Below are positions 22,450-35,400 of a stretch of 64,000 nucleotides of DNA, piece after piece. Source of the stretch: Antedon mediterranea (lineage: Eukaryota > Animalia > Echinodermata). Position 1 is the stretch's first letter; the number at the start of each line of letters is the position of its first letter. Under the pieces are notes generated by a model, which saw nothing but the letters and a program-made list of their open reading frames with translations, ran no database searches and had not been told where the DNA came from. The DNA is taken from assembly GCF_964355755.1 (NCBI RefSeq), contig NC_092671.1, positions 19,096,001 to 19,160,000 of the forward strand, given 5' to 3'. Both the position numbers and the translations under genes were made by a program.

Positions 22450-23810
22450 AAGTTGAGGAGATCGTTTAAATTTATTTCTGAAAAGACGACATATCTTGTC
22501 AGAATCCAAGTTGTAAAGATGGTGAGATGTCACTGATGTCACTCAGAGAATGCCACTCTCAAATATCTACTGATTCATTTAGATAAACCTGTCTACTGTT
22601 CTTTAAGATCAGCCTTTGGAAGCCTATCAAGCCCATATGTTATGTGTACCATGAAAATGTGAATTTTCTTTTGCAAGTTGTGAAAACTACAACAAAGTGT
22701 GAACAGTTGTAGAAGATAGTTGCAGTTTATTGAATCTTAGCTTGCATGCTACAGGGCTGTGATGCCTGTTCAATCAAAATTCAATGAAATTCTCTAATTC
22801 TCAAGCATGGACTATCGTATGGCATCAGTGGATTTCTGTGGAAAGCCACATGGAAAAGATTCTGGGACACTTTCAGAGTGTATTGATCTGCTACGGCAAC
22901 AAGTTCCCGCCTTTCTGGTTCATACCTTTCTGAAATGACTACAGAGTGCAGTATTTGAAGCACACAAGAAGATTGTCAAGTGAAGTACTGGCTGTTGTGC
23001 AAATTGATTTTTTAGAAAAATGTTCAATAATGCATCAAAATGAAATACAAATTGGCCACTGGAATCATAAACTGGTTACCATCTTCACTTGCTGCACACA
23101 TGCTGGAGAGAAAGTTCATTCATATACAATTGAAAGCAATCATGGGAAATTAGGGTTTCCAAATACTTGGACTTAATAATTAGGGATCACCAAATCTGTA
23201 TTTTACAGTGATGGTATTGTTTGAAAATATAACTCATTTTAAAGATGATTATAGAACCACATGTACATGAAATGTCTTTGCAACATCTCATGATAAAGGT
23301 GTGGTGGATCGCATAGGTGGTCTTGTGAAGAGCATGGTACATTCAAAGAAAAAAAGTTGAAACTATGAAAGGCATAAATATATCTACATTTTAGAGAGAT
23401 TGAAAAAGATAAAGCCAAAATGGATAGTCGTCCCAAGTACTGTACACACAGCACTCACCATGTACTGTAGCTCCTACACTAGACTGCACACTGTGAACTA
23501 CAGTACTGTATGCCCTATAGTATACTTTTCTAAAGGAGTTTAATACTTTAATGATTGATTCAAGTCCAACCAACAACAACATCAGTAGCTTATGACACAC
23601 TAACTGTTTTAACAAAGGAATCGGTAATTCTATAGAAAGAAGATTTGCTCAAATCAAATATACAAAAGAAAGAATCAAGAAAATTGATTATTTATTATAT
23701 ACAAATTTGATAAAAATGGAAAATTGTCATTATTAGAGACTAACTGGTTGGAACATATGGGATAATCAATAAAGCAAAGTTGTATACTTCCATCACCAGT
23801 ATTAATGGAC
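22450..23810 (+). pseudogene. Decayed DDD transposase, Sola2-like DNA transposon relic
   Basis: Ordered motifs across frameshifts and stops: CVYHENVNFLL (about 22643), VQIDFLEKCSIMHQNEIQIGHWNHKLVTIFT (ORF 22946..23176), FYSDG (about 23202) and FATSHDKGVVDRIGGLVK (about 23277). These match my recollection of the Sola2 consensus DFxENY..QxEIQSxHW / SDG / FATSHGKGxxDGIGGxVK. Element ends are not defined. Confidence 0.75.
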
Positions 23811-25663
23811 TACTGTATAAAAAAATGTGGGCTCCAGATGAATATTTTTTTGTGGATAATCAATATTAATTGTATTCCGTTTGTATATTCAATTTGGTAA
23901 AAATTGTACATTTTCCTTGTAGAAGAAGTAGTTATTTTTTTTCTAATAAGTATGGTCATTGTGGTTTCTAGTATTTAAAATTCCATATACTGCAAGTATA
24001 GTATTATTTTTTGTTTTGATACTCTATAACAAATTAATGAAAATGTGTAATTCCATAACCATACAATTTCATAATTTTACATATTTTCTTTCATAGAAAA
24101 AGTTACTATAGTTTTAACCTATATAACAAATTTATTTGACTGTTGTGTTTTGCCAAATTACTCAGAACCCTTAATTTTAAATTAATTATTCAAATAACTA
24201 AATCAAAGAGGTAATTCTGTAACTGTAATTCCGTAACCGGACCAGTTATACTGTAGATATTTTAATACAGATTATAATTATACAAAAAACTGTAACGTTT
24301 GAATGTATTTATTTTTAAAATCAACAATACAATTCACATAGAATAGAAATGTATAGGCCTTGCACTGAGTGCGTCAGACAGTCAACCAATTGGAAATTAA
24401 TAATGATAAATTAAAAGCAATACTGTACGGCAAATTTAATAAGAACCTTTGTGGTTTTTGTTTTGGGGTAGTGGAAATGTGGAAATTGTGCGGGACGGTC
24501 CCGCATTTCAAAGTTATTTTTAATGAAAAACGCATTTTAAGCAAACACATGTGATGACATATTTGTCACGCATTTAGCAGTACGTATAATCGTGGTCGCT
24601 CTCACCTTGACGAAGGATGGGCCAATAACAGGCATGTGTTGTTAGTCACAACCATGATTACTAAATGTAACATCATACGGTGGACTGACACAACACAGTG
24701 ACATGTGATGTTGCGTGCATGTTTATACAGTAAAGGGGAAATCCCGGGCTGCGCTGAATTTCCTTGCCTTTTATTTGATCAGTGGATCAGTTCAATTTGA
24801 CCCTCCAAAAAAAGAAATTTAAATAAAATATGCATGAAAATAATGTTGATCAAGATTAACAAACAAATGATTAAAAATACAATCCAATAATATTTTCATC
24901 ATTTACCGTACCGGAAGTACCTTGTTATTGGAGACTTCCCCTGACGTTTGCATTAAACGCAAAATACGATCATTTTGCTGACTCCTAACGCGCTATGGAA
25001 AATGACTTTTACCATGAGAGAGTACCATTTCCGGCTAGGGTGCCAGTTGGTAACTGTGTGGGTAGGGGTTCACTGTAGGAAAAAAACAGTAGATTAAAGG
25101 GGGTTCAATGTAAAAGGGGTATTCCTGAACCATAAACCTATATAAAAACGATAACATGAAAATTGCATCAAAGTTTAAATATCTTGGAATGATGACAATG
25201 ACATGATTTTTTCATGTTGACACACATAAAACCTAATTAATTAATTAAAGCGCAAATTTGGTTTTGTTTGATCAGCCAAGACCACAATATTACAGTAGGC
25301 CTAGCGTCTAAAATACCGAAAGTCTCCAGGCCAAAATTAGAGTTTGGCAAGTATGCAAGTGATCTAAAATATGCTGGCATATTTGTTCAGTCTTTTATCA
25401 CCATTATGCAAATTGAGATGACTTGCTTGGCTGATTTAGGTGAAAACCAGGCTATAAATACTGTAGTCTAAAACAGTACACATCTCTACAAATTGACATC
25501 AATCAATTTAATATTTTTCAGGTTCTTCCAGCAGAGGGTGGGAAAATACAGTACTTCTACCCCTTTGTTCTTAATTCCTATTTACTATACTAGGCCTAGC
25601 CTGAATGAAGCTAGCTTGATTAGGCAAGGCTAACTTGATGGCCTTTCTAGCAATCAAACCCAC

Positions 25664-25984
25664 CTTGGGCTTGGAAACCAGTGCCTGGTCCTCCTTCTCA
25701 ATTTCTCCATACTCAAATAAAGTAGGCACTGCATCCGATTTAAGCATTCGTTTGTGTTTTTCAGAATATCCAAGTGACTGTAAAAACTCTGGATCCCTAC
25801 TGTAACAATCTTTTGAGAAATGGGCACTACATAACTTGCTATGCATAGTAGGTTGCCAATTTTTTCTCCGCACGCCACGTATCCATAATTTTCTTATATT
25901 CTCTTCTTTCGGGAAACTAAAATATCCTAAATGTTTTTCAAATTTAGAATTGCTTTTACAGCCATATGCAACACAATAAGGCAT
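25664..25984 (-). CDS. THAP (C2CH zinc-coordinating DNA-binding) domain exon, probable first coding exon of the zinc-finger gene
   Basis: GCCATG start; MPYCVAYGC..FSFP..RKLW..VRRKNWQPT..LCSAHF..LKSDAVPTLF is a complete THAP signature with AVPTxF box. Donor AAG/GTGGGT is phase 0, matching the acceptor at 19046. The THAP call is firm; linkage to the downstream exons is inferred. Confidence 0.85.
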
Positions 25985-26689
25985 GGCTAGGCCTTTGTGG
26001 AGTGGAATGATTCATGCATGAATGCCTTTGAATTAACCTGTGTACAAGTGTTCTTTATTGTGTGCACAATAGTGTAGGCTGTATCACTCATGATGTCACA
26101 AGGTAATTACCATATCATTATTTATTCTTAGTAACCTTTAGCATCTACCTATGTGTTTATAAAAATCAAATAGCACAGTAATGTAAAAAGAAAATAACAA
26201 ATTAACACAAATCTTGATTTTTAAAAAATTAATTATTCTTATTAGTATATTATTATAATTAGTACAAAGGTATTATATTGTTATTGTATTGGACCCAAAT
26301 AGAATAATAGCAGTGTATCACTCATGATGTCATGTCTTGACTCATTAACATATTGAAATCATTCATCCATAGTGGAAGTATGTGAAAGGTGAAATCATAT
26401 CAAAGCTAGAGACATGAGAGGTTATAAGAGGAAAGAGAGGGGAGGGATAACTTCGCTTTTCCTCTATAAAAACTCATTAATTAAGCTACAAGTATAACAT
26501 TTAAATAACTTTTAATAATCGATATTTGTCTTGAAGTCCTGAAGCTGAACACCGCCCTCTATTTATCATCAATAAATTATGACCGCATATAGTAGTATAA
26601 TGAATTAGGCCTAAATATCGTAAATTTGCTTGTGTATATTATAAAAACTACATATGTACATTAAAATTCAGTTACCGTATCTTTCTAAT

Positions 26690-26767
26690 CAGGGATAAAA
26701 TTTTTCAAACTGAGATAAAATGTTAAAAACCGGGATAAAATGTTACAAACCGGGAGAATAATGTTAG
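26690..26767. repeat. 20-bp tandem repeat, 4 copies
   Basis: Units resembling GGGATAAAATGTTACAAACC. Confidence 0.7.
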
Positions 26768-27479
26768 GCCAGGAGACTCCTGTATTTTAAACTTGTCTCC
26801 CATGTGTTGACATGTATGAAAGCACCAGCCACATTTTCGCATTACTATTAATAAATAGTCAGGAGTTTCCAAGATTTGGTGATGAATCAATAACAATTTT
26901 AATTATCTCAACGACCTATCAAACAAACCTAATAAATTATCATAAAATTAAATTAAAACAAACAAAATTCAAATTTGTATAATATGACTCTACTATTAAT
27001 ATAATCTAATACAAAGAATGAGTCACTTGTAAAAAGCCAGGTGGTTCATCTAACACCTGTGAATATTGAGGATGAAATAAAGACAAATGAGAACTTGTCA
27101 TTTATGTTATTTATAGAAACATCTGTATATTTGTTGACTGGAAATATCATAGGCAAACAATTTCATTTAGATTTATACTCAGGAGTGTTCAGAAACTGGT
27201 TCACCCCACTTTCATGAGTCATTTCAGCTCCAACATGAGGATAACACTAACAGCAAGATATTGTTCACAAAAAAGAACATGACAATAAAGATTGCAAGAA
27301 AATTATGATTATTGAATCAGGGGGTGGTGGAACCAGTACAGAATGATGACCACCTTACCACTATTTGACATGCAAATCTCTTATGTAAAAACCTCATCCA
27401 CAGTAATAGTGGGGCAAAGTTTCAGAATCAGGTTTCTGGCAATACAAATCGGTACATACTTCTGACATAACGCGAAGAT

Positions 27480-30200
27480 GTAAGGTATACCACTGAACAT
27501 GAGGGTGTGAGATACACTCCTTAACATAAAGATATGTACACCGCTGAATATGAAGGTGTAAGATATACCCTTTAACATGAGGATGTAGGGTACACTGCTG
27601 AATATGAAGGTGTGAAATATACCCTTTAACATGAGGATGTAGGGTACACCACTGAATATGAAGGTGTAAGATATACCCTTTAACATGAGGATGTAGGGTA
27701 CACCACTGAATATGAAGGTGTGAAATATACCCTTTAACATGAGGATGTAGGGTACACCACTGAATATGAAGGTGTAAGATATACCCTTTAACATGAGGAT
27801 GTAGGGTACACTGCTGAATATGAAGGTGTGAAATATACCCTTTAACATGAGGATGTAGGGTACACCACTGAATATGAAGGTGTGAAATATACCCTTTAAC
27901 ATGAGGATGTAGGGTACACCACTGAATATGAAGGTGTGAAATATACCCTTTAACATGAGGATGTAGGGTACACCACTGAATATGAAGGTGTGAAATATAC
28001 CCTTTAACATGAGGATGTAGGGTACACTGCTGAATATGAAGGTGTGAAATATACCCTTTAACATGAGGATGTAGGGTACACTGCTGAATATGAAGGTGTG
28101 AAATATACCCTTTAACATGAGGATGTAGGGTACACCGCTGAATATGAAGGTGTGAAATATACCCTTTAACATGAGGATGTAGGGTACACCACTGAATATG
28201 AAGGTGTGAAATATACCCTTTAACATGAGGATGTAGGGTACACCACTGAATATGAAGGTGTAAGATATACCCTTTAACATGAGGATGTAGGGTACACTGC
28301 TGAATATGAAGGTGTGAAATATACCCTTTAACATGAGGATGTAGGGTACACCACTGAATATGAAGGTGTGAAATATACCCTTTAACATGAGGATGTAGGG
28401 TACACCACTGAATATGAAGGTGTGAAATATACCCTTTAACATGAGGATGTAGGGTACACCACTGAATATGAAGGTGTGAAATATACCCTTTAACATGAGG
28501 ATGTAGGGTACACTGCTGAATATGAAGGTGTGAAATATACCCTTTAACATGAGGATGTAGGGTACACCGCTGAATATGAAGGTGTGAAATATACCCTTTA
28601 ACATGAGGATGTAGGGTACACCACTGAATATGAAGGTGTAAAATATACCCTTTAACATGAGGATGTAGGGTACACCGCTGAATATGAAGGTGTAAGATAT
28701 ACCCTTTAACATGAGGATGTAGGGTACACCACTGAATATGAAGGTGTAAGATATACCCTTTAACATGAGGATGTAGGGTACACCGCTGAATATGAAGGTG
28801 TGAAATATACCCTTTAACATGAGGATGTAGGGTACACCACTGAATATGAAGGTGTGAAATATACCCTTTAACATGAGGATGTAGGGTACACCGCTGAATA
28901 TGAAGGTGTGAAATATACCCTTTAACATGAGGATGTAGGGTACACCACTGAATATGAAGGTGTGAAATATACCCTTTAACATGAGGATGTAGGGTACACC
29001 ACTGAATATGAAGGTGTGAAATATACCCTTTAACATGAGGATGTAGGGTACACCGCTGAATATGAAGGTGTGAAATATACCCTTTAACATGAGGATGTAG
29101 GGTACACCACTGAATATGAAGGTGTAAAATATACCCTTTAACATGAGGATGTAGGGTACACCGCTGAATATGAAGGTGTAAGATATACCCTTTAACATGA
29201 GGATGTAGGGTACACCGCTGAATATGAAGGTGTGAAATATACCCTTTAACATGAGGATGTAGGGTACACTGCTGAATATGAAGGTGTGAAATATACCCTT
29301 TAACATGAGGATGTAGGGTACACCACTGAATATGAAGGTGTAAGATATACCCTTTAACATGAGGATGTAGGGTACACCGCTGAATATGAAGGTGTGAAAT
29401 ATACCCTTTAACATGAGGATGTAGGGTACACTGCTGAATATGAAGGTGTGAAATATACCCTTTAACATGAGGATGTAGGGTACACCGCTGAATATGAAGG
29501 TGTGAAATATACCCTTTAACATGAGGATGTAGGGTACACCGCTGAATATGAAGGTGTGAAATATACCCTTTAACATGAGGATGTAGGGTACACCGCTGAA
29601 TATGAAGGTGTGAAATATACCCTTTAACATGAGGATGTAGGGTACACCACTGAATATGAAGGTGTGAGATATACATGAGGATATGTAGGGTACACCACTG
29701 AACAATCATGAAGGGGAGAGATATATTCATTAACATGAGGATGTAGGGTACACCGCTTAACATGAGGGTATGTGTGAGATGCAACCTTTAATATGAGGAT
29801 ATGTAGGGTACACTGCTGAACAATCATGAAGGGGAGAGATAAACCCTTTAACAAGACGATATGTAGGGTACACCACTCAAAATGAGGATGTGTGTGAGAT
29901 GCACCCTTTACATGAAGATATGTAGGGTACACCGCTTAACATGAGGGTGTGTGTGAGATTTAACCTTCAATATGAGGATATGTAGGGTACACACCGCTGA
30001 ACATGAAGGTGTATGTAAGATGCACACTTTAACATGAGGATGTAGGGTACACCGCTTAACATGAGGATGTGTGTGGGATGCACCCTTTAACATGAGAATA
30101 TGAAGGGTACACAACTAAATATGAGGGTCTGAGATACACCCCTTAACATTAGGATATAGAGTACACCGCTGAACATGAGGATGTGGGATAGTCCTTTTAA
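27480..30200. repeat. 54-bp minisatellite, about 40 near-identical units (about 27530-29660) with degenerate flanks
   Basis: Unit ATGAGGATGTAGGGTACACCACTGAATATGAAGGTGTGAAATATACCCTTTAAC. Variation is restricted to CCACTG/CCGCTG/CTGCTG and TGAAAT/TAAGAT/TAAAAT. Confidence 0.98.
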
Positions 30201-31029
30201 CATGAGAATGTATAGTATATGGGTGTGTGGTATTAAAATGGATCGTTCGCTCATACAGTATTCCTTACCTCTTTTGATTTCGTATTTCCAATATCTTCTT
30301 TCGTGTTTAGTAGTTTTTCATTATTACCTGAAAGATGTAATATAGAAAAATACAATTAAGATTCTCTATTTTAGGTGAGACTGTCACATAGAAGATTTTA
30401 TATGAAGACAACTTAATTAAGACCATATTCACATTTTTTGGTCCTGAGCCCAGCTCCAGCATTGGATCCAAATTTTATTTTTGGCCAGATCCGGCATGTT
30501 TACACTTGCATTCCGAACATAATATGCCAAGATGTATTGATAAAGGTCTTTGGGAATTAAACAATACATTATTCAACTCTCCCAATTTCTCCACTGATCT
30601 CCCGAATATTAACAAAATCCCTGGTAATTTTGATTTTAGATTTAAACATTTCTTAAATTCTGTTTTTATTTACATAATTACATTTGATTAGTTTTCACAC
30701 CTCTGGTAAACATTGAAATGCCGATTCTGTGAGGTACTTAGTGATCTGTTAAAAACTTGTCAAATCCATTAAAACTCATCAAATTCGTTAACAATATGTG
30801 AACCTCTCAACACTTGGAAGTTAGCACATCTGTGAATGTGCTGTGGGTATGTTTTTAGCTTTTACCTTAGTTGGTATTTTTACAATAATTACATATATTT
30901 ACTTGTTTACTTGTTCCCTCATAGTCATAGTCATATGAATAGAGGGAAATTGAGGCGAAGCATATTGCTTATAAGCCCCTCGTGATTATCATGTCATATT
31001 ATACAAACAGTGTAAACTTTATGGGATGG

Positions 31030-31320
31030 TTTACCCAAGCCTCATTTTTAAACAAATTTAAAGAACTAGCTGAAACAAATTAGTCAGAAAGACCATTCCA
31101 CAAAAGTACAACTGTAAACGAAAAAGCATTTTTCAAGTTTAACTTTGCTCAATGGAACTTTAATTTATAAATACCTATGTCCACGGGTCCTTAAATCGAC
31201 ATCTATTGAAAAAAAAAATCACTTGAAACAGACTCCATACCATTTATAATTTGAAAAACTTGAATCATGTCAGCTCTATGGCGTCTATTAATTAAAGTTG
31301 GTAAATCTCTTTAGAGATTT
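31030..31320 (-). mobile_element. CR1-clade LINE ORF2 3' end fragment (degenerate)
   Basis: Translates to LPTLINRRHRADMIQVFQIING..RTRGH..KL..FSFTVVLLWNGLS..VSASSLNLFK, the typical CR1 C-terminal signature, with stops and a frameshift. Confidence 0.75.
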
Positions 31321-34300
31321 ACAGTAACCTCTAATTTTAATTATAACCTCTTATAACAGTAAAATGGAAGTGAGCCCTCTATTGTCCAACATGGTCGCAT
31401 TCAGTGTGTTACTTGTATAGCGTATTCAATATATAATTTAATTTAACTGGGCACCACATTCTCGCGAGTCGCCACTAAATTAAAAAGTTAATATTAAATC
31501 ATGATTGTTCAATATTGTTTCATTAAAATTAAAATTTCATGATAAAATATCCCATCTCTAATAACCTATTGTTTTACTCTTGTTAAATCAAAAGAGATTG
31601 CTATGAAATCCAATATGTTAACTTATTATTATTATTGGTATATTTTCATACCAAATATTTTTTATTGGTAAGAAAATCTAAATCATATATGTAGTTCAGA
31701 AGCAAACAAACATTTATTGCTATTAACCAAATTGGGAGGCATCTACATGAAGAATCTATTCAATATTAATTTTGACAATATAGATTTTAAGTAAAACTTT
31801 TTAATCTAGTTTTGCTTTGATAAGAACAATAATAATTTGCAAAGTAATATGGAGCAAAAATACACATTAGCACAAACAGTCCTTTAGTCTGCTCTGATGC
31901 ACTTAATTGTGCATTTATGTGTCTGTTAGCATTCAGCGGTAACTACAAATATGAACAATAATAATTAACACACAATATTAGAATCTCGTATTACATAAAA
32001 TGCCAGTTCACAAAGTCAATTCAGCTAAAAATATTTAAGATTATAAACAACATGTTAATGTGATATGGGAATCCTAGTGGGCAGACTACGTTGAATCGTC
32101 GTCGCTGGTGTAAATGCTGATCAGATTACCAGAAGAGACAATAATCGAGTCACGTGCCAGCCAGACGCCACTGTTAATTTCACCAATCAGTTGAACAGGA
32201 AACCTCACAAACCTAGTGCGAATTTCAGTAGCTCTTAGTTTTTAATATACAAACTCAATGATGTTCCCAAGTTTTATAAAGTTCTTTGAATTCAAATAGG
32301 TAAATGCATAAACTATATATTTATATGCGTTTCTGCCTTAAAGTATGCCATATAACTAATACAGTAAATACAAAGAAGTACTAAGTAAATATATTAACTA
32401 TATACGGTAATTATATGTATTTATCCCTTAAAAAATATATGTAAAACATTCAGAAAAAATTTGCGTACTAAATTCTAAATTAAATTTAAATGGGAAGGAA
32501 AATAAGAACCTAATTACAATGACTGCAATGTTTATTCTATTACTTTATAAGAATGACAACAAATGTTGTCTTCTATGCAATCAAAACCAAACTATTGTAT
32601 TACTATAAAATACATTTTGATTTCAATAATAAATAAATCATTAAAATTGGTTCTTCAAATTAATATTGACATTTTTTAAGAAGGAAGGAATATTTTTCCA
32701 ATTTACCCTTGTATTATGCAATCTTAATTGATCATTTCCTTGAAAGTTGTACACTTTACAAAGTCCAAATAAAATTGTTTGTCTCCTTTAATGTTCAGAT
32801 CTGTGATTAAAGGAATTTGGAATGTAGAGGGCAGCATTCAAAACATTTGTAAGATTGTAGAACAGTATTTCGGCTAAAAAGTGAATGATTGGATGTCTTT
32901 AATCATCAAGAGTTCATCTTATTTTACCTCTATCCTTTCACTTTCTACGCAATGGTACATCCTGTGATTCTAAAAATAGAATTCTAAACCACATCATGTA
33001 CTGTCAAATAATATATTTATTTTCAGAAATACAGTAATTTATTTATCCTACTAAATTTGTTCAAATTTCAAAATTCAATGAATGCCAATATAAAAGTTAA
33101 ATTATTACTACTGGAGCGCAATTATTAATAGCAACAACGACTAATATAAAGACACACTTATTTTAACTAATTAGTATAGTATGTCAATTTTTGAAAAAAG
33201 CAATTATTTGTAAAACCATAATCTCTATTTTCTTTCATGATAACAAATCCCATTGTCTTGTATTTGGCAAAATAATATATTTATCTTTTGCAAATATATA
33301 TATATCTTGAAACAAAAAAACATTAAAATATGTATGTCAGTTTGAAAGTACATACATGTAAAGTTTCAAATCAATAAATATAAACAGAATGTATATTAAA
33401 TTGTAAATTAGGAGCATATTTTGTGCAATGGGAGAGCCAACAACAAGCCATAAAAACACAGCAGGAAGCAGTTAACAACATCAACACAAGTTGCAAAACC
33501 AGGAAACATCTGCGAAACTTGTTGCTTTAACAAAGCAGTTTTTATAAGCAAATCTCGATGGACAAAGTATACCATACCAATATGCCACATGTAGTTTACT
33601 GTGCTGAAATCTAGTTGTCGTTCTCTCATCAACATTACACACATCTAAACAAAAATATTTTGTTTTTAATGATGTGAGTAGAAAACAGAAGAAGGAAACC
33701 GGTATAATACCATATGAAATCAATAAAACTATATGATTCAATTGCAGTTGTTATTGTAACGAATTTAATAAACAAACCTATTTTGTAAATGAATTGAATA
33801 AAGAACTATTGTAAAGCTTTGTATAAATTTAAATGATATTTTACAAAGACAAGATAAGATAATTCTTAATACCAATGAATTTGAAAATAAATTTCGAACA
33901 ACTTAACGCTTTAAATGTCAATTAGATAAAAAATTCATTTAAAGACACCGTCATATGTTGCTGTTAAACTCCCGTGTGAAAAAGTAAATGGGTTAAAAAA
34001 AACTTGGGAGCTTAATGCCACGGTTATTTTAATCATTTAAAACTGTAGAGTTGATATGAGCGATGTGTGATCTGTACTGCAGGAGGCTTTAGTCTAGGCA
34101 AACGGACGTCAAACGTACAGATGTAGAATAAGATACATTGTCTCAGGTGTAGTTATCACGTTCTCACTCCAAGTCAATCAGTTTATTGATCAATATGTCT
34201 CCAGAAATCTTTACGCTCTTCCTTCTCCACCTTCAATTGACGCTGACCAATATCCTGCGTAGTCTGTCGTCTCTAGGACGCGCAAGGGATCTCAGGGGCT

Positions 34301-35189
34301 TTCTGGAATAACTGAATCCGTCTTTGTTTTGCCAGCATCAATTTAATTCATGATTTTGTATTTCTTGTGAATATTGCCTATGACAATGCTGATTAACATT
34401 AGAAAAACAATCATTTAATAAGTTGTAATAGGAAACAGAATCAATTCATATCAATAGCATGTGAACCATGATTTACACTTCCCACAATAAACCCTAAAAT
34501 CATATGCTTATCAGAATTGCAATAGATGTTTTTATTTTGCCAATAAAACGCAATTATTATTTTTTTATTTTACCACCGTCATTTGACATGAACATGGATT
34601 TAATTTACAGGAGGGTCAACTTAATTTAAATGTACCAGGTGTTCCAGGTCCTACTTGCAGTGTTTAATTGTTTTAGGGTATGTTCAGACTCACGGCGTTA
34701 AGGGAGCGTTATGTAAGTGGCCTACATATTTTTGTGTCTGAACTAGTCCGCGGATCAGCGTTAGGGAGCTGTTATGCCGCACCCGTGTGCTGTTAATAAC
34801 TGTAGCAGGAGAGGGTAGATTCAATTAAACGCTAATCCAGTGATGCATCAGTGATTTTAATCTTAACCAATGACCATTGTTAACAGGCCAACAGCATACC
34901 TGTACAACGAGATAGCTAAACATCAAACTATCAGGTTTTCAATTTTAAAGAACTGTACAGTTGGCATCAGCTATATGATATTTTCATAAATTAAATACAG
35001 ATAATTGTTCGTGTAATTATGTTTGAAATTCTGCAAGTAGTAACAACAAATTAGTATATAAAGTAACAGTATATAAATAAAAATTTAAAAAACAACTTTA
35101 CAATGTAAACTGTAATGCATTTGTCATGAATGTATGCATGATCAGAGTGTTTTTAAGGCAAGACATTGCAATGTTGATCGCTGTGTCTG

Positions 35190-35400
35190 TATCTTGTGAT
35201 GTATAGGAGTTACAGGTACCTCTTGTTATGTATAGGAGTTACAGATGCCACTTGTGGTGTATAGAGATTCCAGTGCCACTTGTGGTGCAAGGATTTCAGG
35301 TGTATGGGTTTCATGTATCACTCTTGCCATTTGCAGTGTATGGGAGTTGTACAGTAGGTGCCATTTGCGGTATATGGTATATTGTTTATTGTAGATGTGT
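35190..35400. repeat. Degenerate ~28-bp tandem repeat
   Basis: Units resembling CTTGTGATGTATAGGAGTTACAGGTGCCA. Confidence 0.6.

Noticed and set aside
27381-29784. 774-aa and 796-aa ORFs as real proteins, or the array as a CRISPR
   Set aside because: Both ORFs are by-products of a stop-free 54-bp (18-codon) unit read in two frames. There are no unique spacers and no cas genes, and the context is eukaryotic.
32928-32969. AG..GT-bounded 42-nt exon candidate upstream of the zinc-finger gene
   Set aside because: Its only open frame is phase-incompatible with the 30327 exon; at best it is a UTR exon.
34338-34377. Possible terminal exon (QYSQEIQNHELN*) of another minus-strand gene
   Set aside because: It has only an AG acceptor and 12 codons, and I could identify no upstream partner exon.
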